A stretch of 64,000 bases of DNA from Deltaproteobacteria bacterium (GCA_040218735.1 JAVJQW010000019.1:32001-96000); one strand, 5' to 3'; shown: positions 37,287-47,851, counted from the stretch's first letter. Notes: generated by a model not told the origin, from the letters alone. A program made the numbers and translations.

Positions 37287-39242
37287 TCACGGCGATAACG
37301 TACCGGCCAGCTCGAACGTTGCCGCGTCGCGTCCGACGTGCACGCCGTAGTCGATCGCTTCCACGATCCAACCATCGTCGTAATACGCGAGGTGTCGATC
37401 TTCCACGCGCAAGCGAACCTGCGCCATCTCCCCCGGTTCGAGCTCGACCCGAGCAAATCCCGCGAGCAAACGCTCCGGTCGCTCGACCGACGACCCCTCG
37501 AAGGACACGTAGAGCTGCGCCGTCTCGATGCCCGCGCGCTCGCCGGTGTTCGTCACGTCGAACGAAACCTCGCGACCCTCGATGCGGAGGTTCGTGTACG
37601 CAAACGTCGTGTAGCCGAGCCCGAAGCCGAGCGGGAAGTGCGCCTCGATGCCTTGGCGATCCAGGTGACGCTGACCGTGGAAGAGATCGTACGTCACCTC
37701 GTCCGCCGCCGGATCGAACGGCACCAGGTCCTCCGCCCGCACCGGGACCACGGTCGGCAGCCGACCCGACGGATTCACGTCGCCGAGCAACACGTCGGCG
37801 ATCGCGTGGCCGCCCTCCATGCCCGGGTACCAAGCCATCAACACCGCAGCGACGTCGTCGATCCACTCCAGCGTGATCGCGCTGCCCCCCTCCAACACGA
37901 CGATCGTCGGCACCACCGCCGCCGTCGCACGCACCAGCTCGACGTCCGCCGGATCCAACGCGAGCGACGTCCGATCCCCGCCGCGGTTGGGCGGGATCAG
38001 CTCCCCCTCGTCCTCCGCGTCGAGCCCGACGACGACCACCGCCACGTCGAACCCGGCCGCCGCCGAAGCGGTCGTCACGAGCGTCACGTCCGCGCGCGCC
38101 GCGAGGCCCTCGTAGGGCGTCGTGACCGAGGTCGGGAACACCGCGCTCGAACCGTTGTCGCCGAGGTTCTCGACGTCGGCCAACGCACCGAGCATCGCGA
38201 TCCGTTCGTTACCCGCGAGCGGGAGCACCTCGTTCTTCAAGAGCACGATCGACTTGTTCGCCGCCTCGCGCGCGAGCGCACGGTGCGCCTCCGACTCGAC
38301 GACACGAACATCGACCGGCGCTGGCGAGCTCAACGCGAACTCGGCGTGTTTGCGGAGGATGCGTCGCACCGAAGCGTCGATCGTCGCCTCCTTCACGAAG
38401 CCCCGACGCACCGCCGTCCGCAGGTCGTCGCCGAAGAACGTCGCGAACGGCATCTCGATGTCGAGCCCCGCGTTCGCCGACTCGATCGTGCTGTGCGTGC
38501 CGAGCACCCAGTCCGACTCGACCCACCCGTCAAAGCCCCACTCCCCCTTGAGGATCGTCGAGAGCAGCGCTTCGTTCTCCGAGCAGTAGGCGCCGTTCAC
38601 CTTGTTGTACGCGCTCATCACCGACGCGACGTCCGCCTCCACCACCCGCCGAAACGCCGGGAGGTACACCTCGCGGAGCGCGCGGTCGTCCACGCGCACG
38701 TCGACCTCGAAGCGGTTGTTCTCGATGCTGTTGAGCGCGAAGTGTTTGACGCTCGCGAGCACGTGCCGCTGCGCGCCTTCGACGAACGCGACGCCGAGCG
38801 CACCGAGGTGCTCCGGGTCCTCGCCGTACGTCTCCTGCGCGCGTCCCCACCCCGGGTGGCGCAGCACGTTCACGACCGGCGCGAGGATCACGTTCGCGCC
38901 CTTCGCGCGCGCTTCGAGCCCGATCGCCTCGCCGACGCGACGTTCGAGCTCCACGTCCCACGTCGCGCCGCGTGCCATCCCCACCGGAAACGCAGTGGCG
39001 TAGGTGGAGCGCACGCCGCGCGGGCCGTCGACCATTCTGTACGGCACGATGCCGAGGCGCTCGTTGCCGCCGGCGTCGTAGATGCCTTCGTTGGACGCGA
39101 GGGACGCGCCGCCCTTCATCGCGATCTTCTCTTCGAGCGTCAGCGCCGCGAGCCAGGCGTCGACCTGCGCTTCGACCGGGTCGACCTCGACCGCTTCGGC
39201 GCCGCAGCCGGCGAGGAGGAGGAGTGCGAGGGCCCAGCGCAT
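37287..39242 (-). CDS. GH3 beta-glucosidase (lipoprotein)
   Basis: LLAGC; DGPRGVR, GRAQETYGEDP, KHF, MSAYN, SDW nucleophile, GLD.EMP, Fn3-like end. Confidence 0.95.
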   Translation of the reverse strand: MRWALALLLLAGCGAEAVEVDPVEAQVDAWLAALTLEEKIAMKGGASLASNEGIYDAGGNERLGIVPYRMVDGPRGVRSTYATAFPVGMARGATWDVELERRVGEAIGLEARAKGANVILAPVVNVLRHPGWGRAQETYGEDPEHLGALGVAFVEGAQRHVLASVKHFALNSIENNRFEVDVRVDDRALREVYLPAFRRVVEADVASVMSAYNKVNGAYCSENEALLSTILKGEWGFDGWVESDWVLGTHSTIESANAGLDIEMPFATFFGDDLRTAVRRGFVKEATIDASVRRILRKHAEFALSSPAPVDVRVVESEAHRALAREAANKSIVLLKNEVLPLAGNERIAMLGALADVENLGDNGSSAVFPTSVTTPYEGLAARADVTLVTTASAAAGFDVAVVVVGLDAEDEGELIPPNRGGDRTSLALDPADVELVRATAAVVPTIVVLEGGSAITLEWIDDVAAVLMAWYPGMEGGHAIADVLLGDVNPSGRLPTVVPVRAEDLVPFDPAADEVTYDLFHGQRHLDRQGIEAHFPLGFGLGYTTFAYTNLRIEGREVSFDVTNTGERAGIETAQLYVSFEGSSVERPERLLAGFARVELEPGEMAQVRLRVEDRHLAYYDDGWIVEAIDYGVHVGRDAATFELAGTLSP

Positions 39243-39411
39243 CGCCGGCCGCACCGTCGCCGACCGGGCTACTCCAGGCAAGGCAGACCCGCTGACCTCG
39301 CTGGCGCGGGACGACGGAGGGGCCGCAGCCCGGTGCGCGTGACCGCTGTCATTCGCCCCCGCCGACCACCGCGCCTGGCGACTCGGAGTCGGGTGCGGTA
39401 CGGCTAGGGAG

Positions 39412-40515
39412 ATGCGCCTGTCAGTCGTGGTGCTGCTCCTCTCAACGGCCTGTGCGACCACCACGTCCGCGGACGTGCGGCGAATGCAACGCGCCGGCGA
39501 CGTGGACGGCCTCGTCACCGCCTGGGACGAAGCCGCGCGCGACAGCATCCGCGTGAGTGTGCTCGACGCGCTCTCGGACCACGCCGTCGATCCACGTGCG
39601 CGTTCGATCGTCTTGTCGACGGCCGAGCGCCACCCGAGCGAGCCGGTGCGCGTCGCCGCCGTGCGCGGCCTGACGCGCATCGACGGCGACGACGCCACAC
39701 GCACCCTCGTCGCGGGACTCGGCGATCCGTGGCCTTCCGTGCGTGACCTCTCGCGCGCGACGCTGGAGTCGAAGGGCGAGGCCCCCCTCCCGAACCTCGA
39801 AGAAGCCGCCGCGGCGCACTCGAACCACCTCGTTCGTGCGTCGTCGCTGCAGCTGCTGGTGCGCGCCGCGACGAAGTGGCCGGCGCGCCGCGCCAACGTG
39901 GAGAAGCTCCTCGTCGATCGCGTGCGCACCGACGATGCACCGAAGGTGCGCGTCGCCGCGGTGCGAGGGCTCGGGGTGCTCGCGGTGAAGCCTGCGCAGA
40001 CGCTCCTCGAGAACGTGAAGCGCACGGACGACGATCAGCTCGTGCGCGTCGCCGCCGACAAGGCGTTGAAGCGGCTCGGCGCGACGACGATCGAGGAACG
40101 TGTCGTCGTCGCGGTGCTCCCGATTCAGAACGACGCCAACCAGGACGCCGAGCTGTCGCGGCTCGGTGAGCAGCTCCGTACTTATGTCGCGGCGCGACTG
40201 TCGGGCGCTAAGGTCTGCGACGTCGTCGACCGCGACAAACTCGACCGCGCGCTCGAGGAGATGCGGAAGGTCGGCAAGGCGATCTACGACGGTGACGCCC
40301 CGAACGCACCGGAGATCGGCAACTTCAAGCTCGCGAACCAGCTCGTGTTCGGCGCGGTCCAGCGCCAGGGCGGGCAGTTCACGATCGTGCTCAACCGCAT
40401 GGACGTCGCGACGCTCGCGCTCGTCCCCGGCGCGTCGGCGACGGCGACCGGCTACCGCGCGGACCTCGAACAGCTGAAGGTCGAGGTCACGGAGCGCTTC
40501 CTCGCGCGGTTCTGA
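39412..40515 (+). CDS. HEAT-repeat lipoprotein with C-terminal CsgG/FlgO/TolB-N-like domain
   Basis: STAC lipobox; HEAT repeats; VAVLP...VVDR..L...LEE...IG....A..LVFG. Confidence 0.8.
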   Translation: MRLSVVVLLLSTACATTTSADVRRMQRAGDVDGLVTAWDEAARDSIRVSVLDALSDHAVDPRARSIVLSTAERHPSEPVRVAAVRGLTRIDGDDATRTLVAGLGDPWPSVRDLSRATLESKGEAPLPNLEEAAAAHSNHLVRASSLQLLVRAATKWPARRANVEKLLVDRVRTDDAPKVRVAAVRGLGVLAVKPAQTLLENVKRTDDDQLVRVAADKALKRLGATTIEERVVVAVLPIQNDANQDAELSRLGEQLRTYVAARLSGAKVCDVVDRDKLDRALEEMRKVGKAIYDGDAPNAPEIGNFKLANQLVFGAVQRQGGQFTIVLNRMDVATLALVPGASATATGYRADLEQLKVEVTERFLARF

Positions 40516-41066
40516 TGAAACGGCTCGCGTTCATCCTGCTGCTGTGGCCCGCGGTCGCCTCCGCCGACCCGATCTTCGATCGCGTCGTCGCTGAGGGCAC
40601 CGACGCATTCCCCACCGAGCTCGGCTCGAAGTGGACCGCCCCGAACGTGCCGCAGGCGCTCGCGAAGACCCTCGTCGACACACGCCTCCTCGAGACGCTC
40701 CACCGCTTCGACGCCGCACCGAAACACGACGACGGCGCCATCGACGTGAAGCGCTTCGAGCGCATCGGGGTGTTGGATCAAGGAGGCCGCCACTACACCT
40801 TCGCCTACGCGGGCGGTCGCTTGAGTGTATTGCTCGCGCGCATCGCCGTCCCGGTGATCCCGGACCGCGGCGAAGGCTGGTCGAAGGACCGCCTCGCGCG
40901 CCGCCGCACCGAGCTCGCTTCGCTCGCGAGGTATCGACTGCAACCGCTGAAGAAGGATCGCTACGGCAACGTCTTCCGCTGGGGCGGCGTCGCCAAGCGC
41001 GGACGCGTGTTCGTCGAGTACCGCCCGGAGCGCGACGAGCTGCTGGTGCTCTACGTCGCGCGCTGA
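40515..41066 (+). CDS. Exported hypothetical protein
   Basis: Signal peptide MKRLAFILLLWPAVASA; coupled to upstream stop. Confidence 0.7.
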   Translation: MKRLAFILLLWPAVASADPIFDRVVAEGTDAFPTELGSKWTAPNVPQALAKTLVDTRLLETLHRFDAAPKHDDGAIDVKRFERIGVLDQGGRHYTFAYAGGRLSVLLARIAVPVIPDRGEGWSKDRLARRRTELASLARYRLQPLKKDRYGNVFRWGGVAKRGRVFVEYRPERDELLVLYVAR

Positions 41067-41080
41067 GCGAAGGCCTGCAT

Positions 41081-41191
41081 CCTGAGAAATGAACAGGGAG
41101 ACGGTGAGGGCGGGAGATGCCGTGCACTCGCCGACGACCGCGAGTGCACGGCATCTCCCGCCCTCACCGTCTCCCTGTTGATATTTTCAGG
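41081..41191. repeat. Perfect 40-bp inverted repeat (8-nt loop) between convergent genes
   Basis: 41092-41131 is the exact reverse complement of 41140-41179; imperfect pairing extends to 41081/41191; may also act as a bidirectional terminator. Confidence 0.95.
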
Positions 41192-41206
41192 TGGGCACGG
41201 CGACCG

Positions 41207-41884
41207 CTAGCGCAGAGGCTTGGCGACCAAGCACAGCTCCGGCCCGAGGACCGGCTCCCCCGGCGTGGGCTCGTTCCAGCACACGTACAGCGCCGCGGCG
41301 TCCACGGTCGTGTGCGTTCCGAGCGCGAGGTCGAGGCGGCCGTCGCGTAGCAGGTCGGTGGCCGTTACGGACGAGCCGCGCAGCAGGCGACTGAGATCGA
41401 TCGGCAGCGCGCCCTTGCGCTCGCGGCAGCACACGTCGAGGGCGCGCCCGAAGAGATCGTTCGTGGGCCGCAGGTCCTCGCGCACGAAGCGTGGGTCGAC
41501 TGCGGCGTCGCCGCCCGACACGATCCCCTCCAACCAGATCGCCTCCGAGCCGAAGCGCTGCGTCACGCCGCGGACCTCCGCGCCGAAGACGAGCTGCGCC
41601 GTGGTCACCTCGCCGGGGACGCGGTCCACGACGAACGACATGCGCACGCCGTTCGGCTCACCGGGCTGCGCGACGAACGGCCCCTGGTGGCCCTCGTACC
41701 AACGCGACAGGCTGCCGACCAACAGCAGCAACACGATCCCGGGCACCGTCATCGCCGCCCAGACGCGCTTCGCGCGCTCCGATTCGATCGTCAGCGCGAG
41801 GAACGCGACACAGAGGTAGGCGGTGGCGACGACGACCAGCCGAGCGGCGAGGAGAGGGCGTCGAGCGAAGAACAGCCACCGCAT
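41207..41884 (-). CDS. Hypothetical membrane protein
   Basis: Two N-terminal TMs then soluble domain; co-oriented with upstream activator. Confidence 0.55.
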   Translation of the reverse strand: MRWLFFARRPLLAARLVVVATAYLCVAFLALTIESERAKRVWAAMTVPGIVLLLLVGSLSRWYEGHQGPFVAQPGEPNGVRMSFVVDRVPGEVTTAQLVFGAEVRGVTQRFGSEAIWLEGIVSGGDAAVDPRFVREDLRPTNDLFGRALDVCCRERKGALPIDLSRLLRGSSVTATDLLRDGRLDLALGTHTTVDAAALYVCWNEPTPGEPVLGPELCLVAKPLR

Positions 41885-41931
41885 CGATTTTCAATGTAGC
41901 GGTTCGGGCCGAGGAAGGGAACGCGAGGGCC

Positions 41932-43329
41932 TCAATCGGCCTCGTCCTCCGCATTCTTGGCGCGCGCCAGGATGCGGTGCAGCACGTTGCGGTGCACCTG
42001 CGCCTGCTCCGCGGCCTTGGTGATGTTCCCGCCCGCGAGCTCCACGACGTACTGCGCGTAGGCCAGCTCGAACGCCTCCAACGCCTGCTTCCGGGCTTCC
42101 TTGTACGGCAGCCCGAAGAATCCGCCGACCAACACGCCGCTCGCGCCGTCCTTCGCGTTGCGGATCGTGGTCGCCTTCTGCTTCGCCTTCAGGCGCAGCG
42201 CGAGGGACAGCCCCTCGCTCGACAGGGACGCCGCCTGGTCGATCACGTTGCGCAGCTCGCGAACGTTGCCCGGCCAGTCGTACGAAGTGAGCGCCGCGAT
42301 GATCTCCGGGGTGAGCTCGAGGTCGCTGTTGTCCTCGTGCTCCTGTTTGTGACGCTCGAGGAAGCGGCGCGCGAGCACCGGGATGTCCTCGCGACGCTCG
42401 CGCAGCGAGGGGAGGTTCACGCGGATCACCGCGAGGCGGAAATAGAGGTCGCTGCGGAAGCGCTTCTGCTGCACCTCCTCCTCCAACGAACGGTTCGTCG
42501 CGGCGATGACGCGTACGTCCACCGGCACGAACTCGTTCGCGCCGACGCGTTTGATTCGGCGCGTCTCCAACACGCGGAGCAAGCGAGGTTGCAGCGCCGG
42601 CGGGAGCTCGCCGAGCTCGTCGAGGAAGATCGTGCCGCCGGTCGCCGCCTCGAACGCACCCACGCGATCCGTGACCGCGTTCGTGTACGCGCCCTTCACG
42701 TGCCCGAACAGCTCCGACTCGATCAGGTTCGACGGGATCGATGCGCAGTCGACCACCACGAACGGCTCGTCCTTGCGCGCACACGCCTCGTGGATCGCCT
42801 CCGCGACCATCTCCTTGCCGGTCCCCGTCTCGCCGCAGATCAGGACCGTCGCGTCCGTGCGCGCGGCGCGCTCGAGGACCGCGAACACCTCGCGCATCTT
42901 GCGGCTCTTGCCGATGAGCCGCCCGAACGACGTCTCCTCGGACGGCGGGATCGGATCCACCTTCTCGGGCGCGACGAGCTGCAGCTCCGTCTCGCCGAGC
43001 TTGAACACCGCGCCCGGGCCGAGGTCGAGCTGGTCGAAGCGGCTGCCTTCGTAGAAGGACCCGTTCGTCGAGCCCAGATCCCGCGCCGTGACGTACCCGC
43101 CGCGGTTGATCAGCTCGATGTGTTTCCGGGACACCGACGCGTCCGGGATTCGCAGCGTGGTCTCGAACCCCGCGCCGATGACGAAGGGCTCCTTGCCGAG
43201 GAGGACCGCTTCGCTCCCCTTCAGATCCCCGCTGAGGATCCGGATGATGAGCACACCCTCGGACCCGTCGATGGAGCCCGAATCACCGCCGATGATTCGG
43301 GTGAGGCGTGTTCCGTCACCCTCGGTCAT
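41932..43329 (-). CDS. FHA-domain sigma54-dependent enhancer-binding protein
   Basis: FHA (VSRKH, DLGSTNG), GETGTGKE, ESELFGH, FLDELGEL, RVIAATN, FR.DLYFRL, WPGNVREL, Fis-type HTH. Confidence 0.95.
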   Translation of the reverse strand: MTEGDGTRLTRIIGGDSGSIDGSEGVLIIRILSGDLKGSEAVLLGKEPFVIGAGFETTLRIPDASVSRKHIELINRGGYVTARDLGSTNGSFYEGSRFDQLDLGPGAVFKLGETELQLVAPEKVDPIPPSEETSFGRLIGKSRKMREVFAVLERAARTDATVLICGETGTGKEMVAEAIHEACARKDEPFVVVDCASIPSNLIESELFGHVKGAYTNAVTDRVGAFEAATGGTIFLDELGELPPALQPRLLRVLETRRIKRVGANEFVPVDVRVIAATNRSLEEEVQQKRFRSDLYFRLAVIRVNLPSLRERREDIPVLARRFLERHKQEHEDNSDLELTPEIIAALTSYDWPGNVRELRNVIDQAASLSSEGLSLALRLKAKQKATTIRNAKDGASGVLVGGFFGLPYKEARKQALEAFELAYAQYVVELAGGNITKAAEQAQVHRNVLHRILARAKNAEDEAD

Positions 43330-43420
43330 GCGGTCCCGGAATCTCGCAGCGTTCGCGCTTTCCGGCAAGGCTCCGGCAGGTTTGACGCAGCGCGAGCCTG
43401 ACTGCTACTCGCCGTCTCCT

Positions 43421-45043
43421 ATGAAGCGCTGGGGCTGGTTCCTCCTCGCCGCGACGATGCTCGCGGGCTGCGATGGCTGCAAGAAGACCGAGCGGGCTTC
43501 CCCGCTCGCGTTCATCGGCAAGGACGCCGACGCGGTCCTCGAGATCCAGGACATCGGCGCGCTGTCGAAGCTGCCGGCCTACGTCGAGCAGCACCTCGGC
43601 AAGGTGATCAACAAGGCGCAGGTCGACTCGCTGCGCCAAGAGCTCGAGCTCACGATCGGCTTCGACCCGACCACCCCCGAAGGCCTCGCCCAAGCGGGCC
43701 TCCCCAAGACCGGCGTCGTCGCGGCCGCGCTCGATGCGGACGGCAGCGGCGCGCTGTGGCTGATCCCCGTCGCCGACGCGAAGAAGCTCATGCCGCTCCT
43801 CACGCGCCAGGTGAAGGCGCGGTCGGGCGCGGACAAGGAGAAGAAGTCGAAGGTCGGCGCGGTGGAGATCACGACGCTCACCAACGAGTTCGGCCCGGAC
43901 GTCGTCGAACGCGCCGCCTACGCCGTCGACCGCGGGCACGTCCTGCTCGCGTTCGGTCGCGAGGCCACGAAGCACATCACGGAGGCGCTCGGCCGAAAGC
44001 CCGCCGACTCGATCGTCGAGCACGCCGAGTACAAGGCGCTCACCGCCGCGCTCGGATCGAAGTACCACGCCCGCGTCATCGCGCCGGCCGGCGGCGCCGC
44101 GCTCAACGGCGTGCTGAAGTTCGCCTCGCGCATGGCGCCGGAGCTGTCCGGGATGCCCGTGCCGATGGAAGGTGAGATCCGCGGCGCGGGGTGGAACTTC
44201 TCGCTCGACCCCGACGCGCTGCGCGTCACCGGCCGCGTTCGCCTGAGCGATGCCGGGCTCGCCGCCGCGAAGAAGGTGTTCACGCCGAAGACCGCCGTCG
44301 GTCCGGGCGTCGTCTCACTCGACCTCCCGGACACGGTCATCCACGCGCAGGTCGCGGTGGACCCGGCCGCGCTGATCTCCACGCTCGCGCCGAAGGGCAC
44401 GCCCGCGCGCGCGAAGCTCGACGCGACGTTCGGGCGGGTGAAGAACGACGTGAAGATCGACGTCGAACAAGAGCTGGTCCCGATGTTGTCGGGGCACGGC
44501 GCGTTGGCACTCGGCGTGGGCAACCTGGAAGGCAAGTCGTTCAAGCAGATCGTGGGCAACCCGCGGGGCTTCCTGTGGACGGCGTTTGCGCTCGGTTCGG
44601 ACGCGCCGAAGGACATCGTCACCATGGAGAAGCGCCTCGACGAAGGCCTGCAGCTCCGCGGCCTCGACGTCGCGCCGCGCAAGTTCAACAACATCGAGCT
44701 TCGCTCCGTGAAACCGAAGATGGGCGACGTCGCGCTGGTCGAGACGTTTGCGCTCCCGAAGGCGTGGGTGTTCGCCAACGAGCCGGCGATCGCTGACCGC
44801 ATCATCCTGAACGGCGGCGGCAAGGATCAGCTCGCGGGCAAGAACGGGGCGGTCGTGGAGCTGCGCCTGAAGACGCTCGCGTCGCAGGTCGCGAAGTTCG
44901 ATCAGAACTCGCTGCCGCTGTTGTGGCGCGGCATGGTCTCGAAGGGTCTCGATCTCGTGAAGCTCTTCGACCGCGCCGAGGCCAGGGCGGTGCTCGTCGA
45001 GGACGGCTTCGACGTGAGCGGCGGCCTGGTCTTCGCGAAGTGA
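43421..45043 (+). CDS. Uncharacterised lipoprotein
   Basis: MLAGC lipobox; first gene of coupled operon with ABC transporter. Confidence 0.8.
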   Translation: MKRWGWFLLAATMLAGCDGCKKTERASPLAFIGKDADAVLEIQDIGALSKLPAYVEQHLGKVINKAQVDSLRQELELTIGFDPTTPEGLAQAGLPKTGVVAAALDADGSGALWLIPVADAKKLMPLLTRQVKARSGADKEKKSKVGAVEITTLTNEFGPDVVERAAYAVDRGHVLLAFGREATKHITEALGRKPADSIVEHAEYKALTAALGSKYHARVIAPAGGAALNGVLKFASRMAPELSGMPVPMEGEIRGAGWNFSLDPDALRVTGRVRLSDAGLAAAKKVFTPKTAVGPGVVSLDLPDTVIHAQVAVDPAALISTLAPKGTPARAKLDATFGRVKNDVKIDVEQELVPMLSGHGALALGVGNLEGKSFKQIVGNPRGFLWTAFALGSDAPKDIVTMEKRLDEGLQLRGLDVAPRKFNNIELRSVKPKMGDVALVETFALPKAWVFANEPAIADRIILNGGGKDQLAGKNGAVVELRLKTLASQVAKFDQNSLPLLWRGMVSKGLDLVKLFDRAEARAVLVEDGFDVSGGLVFAK

Positions 45044-45729
45044 GCGCGGTCGTCGCCCTGTCGGGCGTCGCCCGTTCGTTCGAAGAGGGCGGACGCCGCC
45101 GCGACGTGCTCGCGGGGATCGATCTCGAAGTGAACGCGGGCGAGATGGTCGCCCTCGTCGGTCCGAGCGGCTGCGGCAAGACGACGCTTCTTTCGATCGT
45201 CGGCGCGCTCGACGCGGGCTTCGCGGGGCGCGCGGAGCTGCTCGGTCGGGACCTCGCGAAGCTCGACGACGACACCCGCAGCGGCCTCCGCGCCGCGCAG
45301 CTCGGCTTCGTGTTCCAGGCGTTCTGCCTACTCGACCACCTGACGGTGCGTCAGAACGTCGAGGTGCCGCTGTGGCTGCTCGACGACGGCCCCGACGCGG
45401 AGGCGTCGGCGAGACGGGCGTCCGAGATGCTCGAGCGCGTCGGCCTCGGCGGGCGCGAAGCCGAGTCGGTGATGCAGCTGTCCGGCGGCGAACGCCAGCG
45501 CGTGGCGATCGCGCGCGCGATGATCAACCGACCGAAGCTCCTGCTCGCCGACGAGCCGACCGGGAACCTCGACCCGAAGACCGGCGCGCGGATCTTCGAG
45601 CTGTTCGACGCGATCCGCGGCGAGGAGGGATGCGCGGTGCTCGTCGCGACCCACGACGCGGCGCTCGCGGAGCGGGCGGATCGGGTGGTGCGGTTGGACG
45701 GGGGTCGGGTGGAGGGCTCCCCGCCATGA
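45040..45729 (+). CDS. ABC transporter ATP-binding protein (LolD/MacB type)
   Basis: GPSGCGKTT, GFVFQ, LSGGERQR, ADEPTGNLD, ATHD. Confidence 0.95.
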   Translation: MSAVVALSGVARSFEEGGRRRDVLAGIDLEVNAGEMVALVGPSGCGKTTLLSIVGALDAGFAGRAELLGRDLAKLDDDTRSGLRAAQLGFVFQAFCLLDHLTVRQNVEVPLWLLDDGPDAEASARRASEMLERVGLGGREAESVMQLSGGERQRVAIARAMINRPKLLLADEPTGNLDPKTGARIFELFDAIRGEEGCAVLVATHDAALAERADRVVRLDGGRVEGSPP

Positions 45730-46994
45730 GGCTCGGCGCCCTGATCCGCAGCGACCTCGCGCGCAGCAAGCGCCGGCTCCTCGTCGTCGTCTCCGCCGTC
45801 GCGTCCGGCATCACCGTCCTCGTGCTCCTGGCGAGCATCGCGCTCGGCCTCTACGAAGGTGTCGTCGAGCCGCTCCTCCCACGCCTCCCGCTCGACGTGC
45901 TCGAAGTGAAGCCGCGCACCGTCGGCGTCGGGTTCCTCGCGTTCGAAGGGGGCGGCAAGCTCGACGCCGCCGCGGTGAAGAGCCTCGAGCGCATCGAAGG
46001 CGTCGAGGCCGTGCACGGCGTACTCGGCGCCGCGTTCCCGATGCGCGCGGAGGGCGGCGAAGGGTTCATCGGCCACCGAATGCGCACCGACGTCTTCGCG
46101 ACCGGCGTGCCGCCGACCCTCGTCGCGGGCGACGTCGCCGAAGGTTACACGTTCGAAGACGAAGCGGAGGGCAAGGTGCCGGTGCTCGTCGCGCGGCGGC
46201 TGCTCGATCTCTACAACACGACCGTCGCCCCCTCGATCGAGAAGCCGCGCCTCACGGAGGAGGCGGTGGTCGGGTTCGAGTTCCTGCTCGTGCTCGGGCA
46301 ATCGTACGCGAGCGGCACGCCGAACCCGGCGAAGGTCGAGCGGCGCACCGCGCAGATCGTCGGGTTCTCGGATCGCGCGAACCTCGTCGGCATCACCGTG
46401 CCCGCGCCGACGCTCGAACGGTGGAACCAACGGATCGCCGCCAAGCCCTCGCCCGTGACCGGCGCGTACGTGAAGACGTCCGGGCCCGGTCAGGTCGGCG
46501 CCGTGACGAAGGCGATCGAACGTGCGGGGCTCGCGGTGGACGACACCCCCAAGATCATCGGCGCGGCGCTCGCGGTGATCGGCGCGCTGGGCGGGTTGTT
46601 CGCGGGGGCGCTGTTGCTCCTGTCCGCGTTCGGGATCGCGCAGACGTTCTTCCTCCTGATCGCGGAGCGTCGACAGGAGCTGGCGATCCTGCGCGCGGTC
46701 GGCGCGCGGCGGAGGGATCTGTCGCGGCTGGTGTGGATCGAGGCGACGCTCGTCGGCGTCGCCGGCGGGCTGGTCGGGGTCGTCCTCGGCGCCGCCCTCG
46801 CGCTCGGCCTCGACGCGCTCATCATCGCGACCCTCCCCGACATCCCGTTCAAGCCGGCGCACGTCGTTGCGCTGTCGCCCACGCTCCTGCTCTCGGCGGC
46901 GCTGCTCGGGCCCGTCGCCGCGTGGATCGGCGCGGCCGTCCCCGCCGCCTCCGCAGCCCGGGCGAACCCCGCCTCCGCGCTGCGATCCGCGTGA
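45726..46994 (+). CDS. ABC transporter permease (MacB/FtsX type)
   Basis: TM1, periplasmic domain, ERRQELAILRAVGA, NPA.ALR. Confidence 0.9.
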   Translation: MRLGALIRSDLARSKRRLLVVVSAVASGITVLVLLASIALGLYEGVVEPLLPRLPLDVLEVKPRTVGVGFLAFEGGGKLDAAAVKSLERIEGVEAVHGVLGAAFPMRAEGGEGFIGHRMRTDVFATGVPPTLVAGDVAEGYTFEDEAEGKVPVLVARRLLDLYNTTVAPSIEKPRLTEEAVVGFEFLLVLGQSYASGTPNPAKVERRTAQIVGFSDRANLVGITVPAPTLERWNQRIAAKPSPVTGAYVKTSGPGQVGAVTKAIERAGLAVDDTPKIIGAALAVIGALGGLFAGALLLLSAFGIAQTFFLLIAERRQELAILRAVGARRRDLSRLVWIEATLVGVAGGLVGVVLGAALALGLDALIIATLPDIPFKPAHVVALSPTLLLSAALLGPVAAWIGAAVPAASAARANPASALRSA

Positions 46995-47056
46995 TCCGAA
47001 TCCTTACCCGGCGCCCGTAATTGTGGTGTGGCCGCGGGCTCTTCATCCTGGGGAGG

Positions 47057-47851
47057 ATGTCGAACGCCGCCGAGACCATCGCCCTCCCCAGCCCCGTCAC
47101 GCCGGAGGAGACGCTCCCGCAGTCGCTCGTGGGCTCCTCGGGCGCGCACGCCGTCTATCGCGGTGGACCGAGCGGCGACGTCACGCGGTACGGCTCGCCC
47201 CGGCCGTCGCCGGTGCACGTCCACGGCGCGTCGGATTGGCCGGACGAGGCGCCGACCGTCGGCATCGCGGGCGGCGCGCCCCGCAACGTGCGGGGGTTCG
47301 GCGTGAAACGACCCTCCGGGCCCCGCGCCCTCGTCCGCGAGCGCGCCGACACCCGACCGCCCGCGCCAAGTGCAGACGGCCGGCTCCCCCGCGCGCGCCC
47401 CGACGCGATCCGCCCCGCCCCCTTCGATTCGAGCGCACGCGTACGCCCCGGGCGGGTCGGCGCGTCGGTCGGGCCCGCGGCGGCGCTGGGTCCGGTGCCG
47501 GTGCGACCGCTGCGGATCGACGACCCCGCCGAGGCGCGACCCGCTCGCGCCGTCTCGCCGTTCCGGCCGGAGCCCCTGGCCGCCGTGCACCCCGGCGAGC
47601 GCACGCACGACATCGAAGACACCACGCCCTCGCGCCAAGTTCGGGCCTACGTGCCGGCCGAGCAGCACTCCTCGCAGCTCCGCCTGAAGAAGCCGTCCCC
47701 GAAGGCCCTCGCGTCGCGGCAGCCCACGGTGCAGTACATGCCGGAGCCCGAGACCCACGCCCTGGGCATCGGCGCGACCTCGCTCTTCCTCACCGCGGCC
47801 CTCCTCGCGGGCTGCGCGGCGGGCATGGCCGCTTTCCAGCTATTGATCTGA
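47057..47851 (+). CDS. Proline-rich hypothetical protein with C-terminal TM
   Basis: GGAGG directly before ATG; disordered body, hydrophobic tail. Confidence 0.6.
   Translation: MSNAAETIALPSPVTPEETLPQSLVGSSGAHAVYRGGPSGDVTRYGSPRPSPVHVHGASDWPDEAPTVGIAGGAPRNVRGFGVKRPSGPRALVRERADTRPPAPSADGRLPRARPDAIRPAPFDSSARVRPGRVGASVGPAAALGPVPVRPLRIDDPAEARPARAVSPFRPEPLAAVHPGERTHDIEDTTPSRQVRAYVPAEQHSSQLRLKKPSPKALASRQPTVQYMPEPETHALGIGATSLFLTAALLAGCAAGMAAFQLLI

Noticed and set aside
34617-37298. 893-aa plus-strand ORF (and similar long ORFs such as 14219-16189 and 30329-32128)
   Set aside because: Antisense or shifted shadows of well-supported genes, expected in high-GC DNA
37287-40025. 912-aa extended glucosidase
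   Set aside because: Extension is antisense to the 39412 gene; lipoprotein signal starts at 39242
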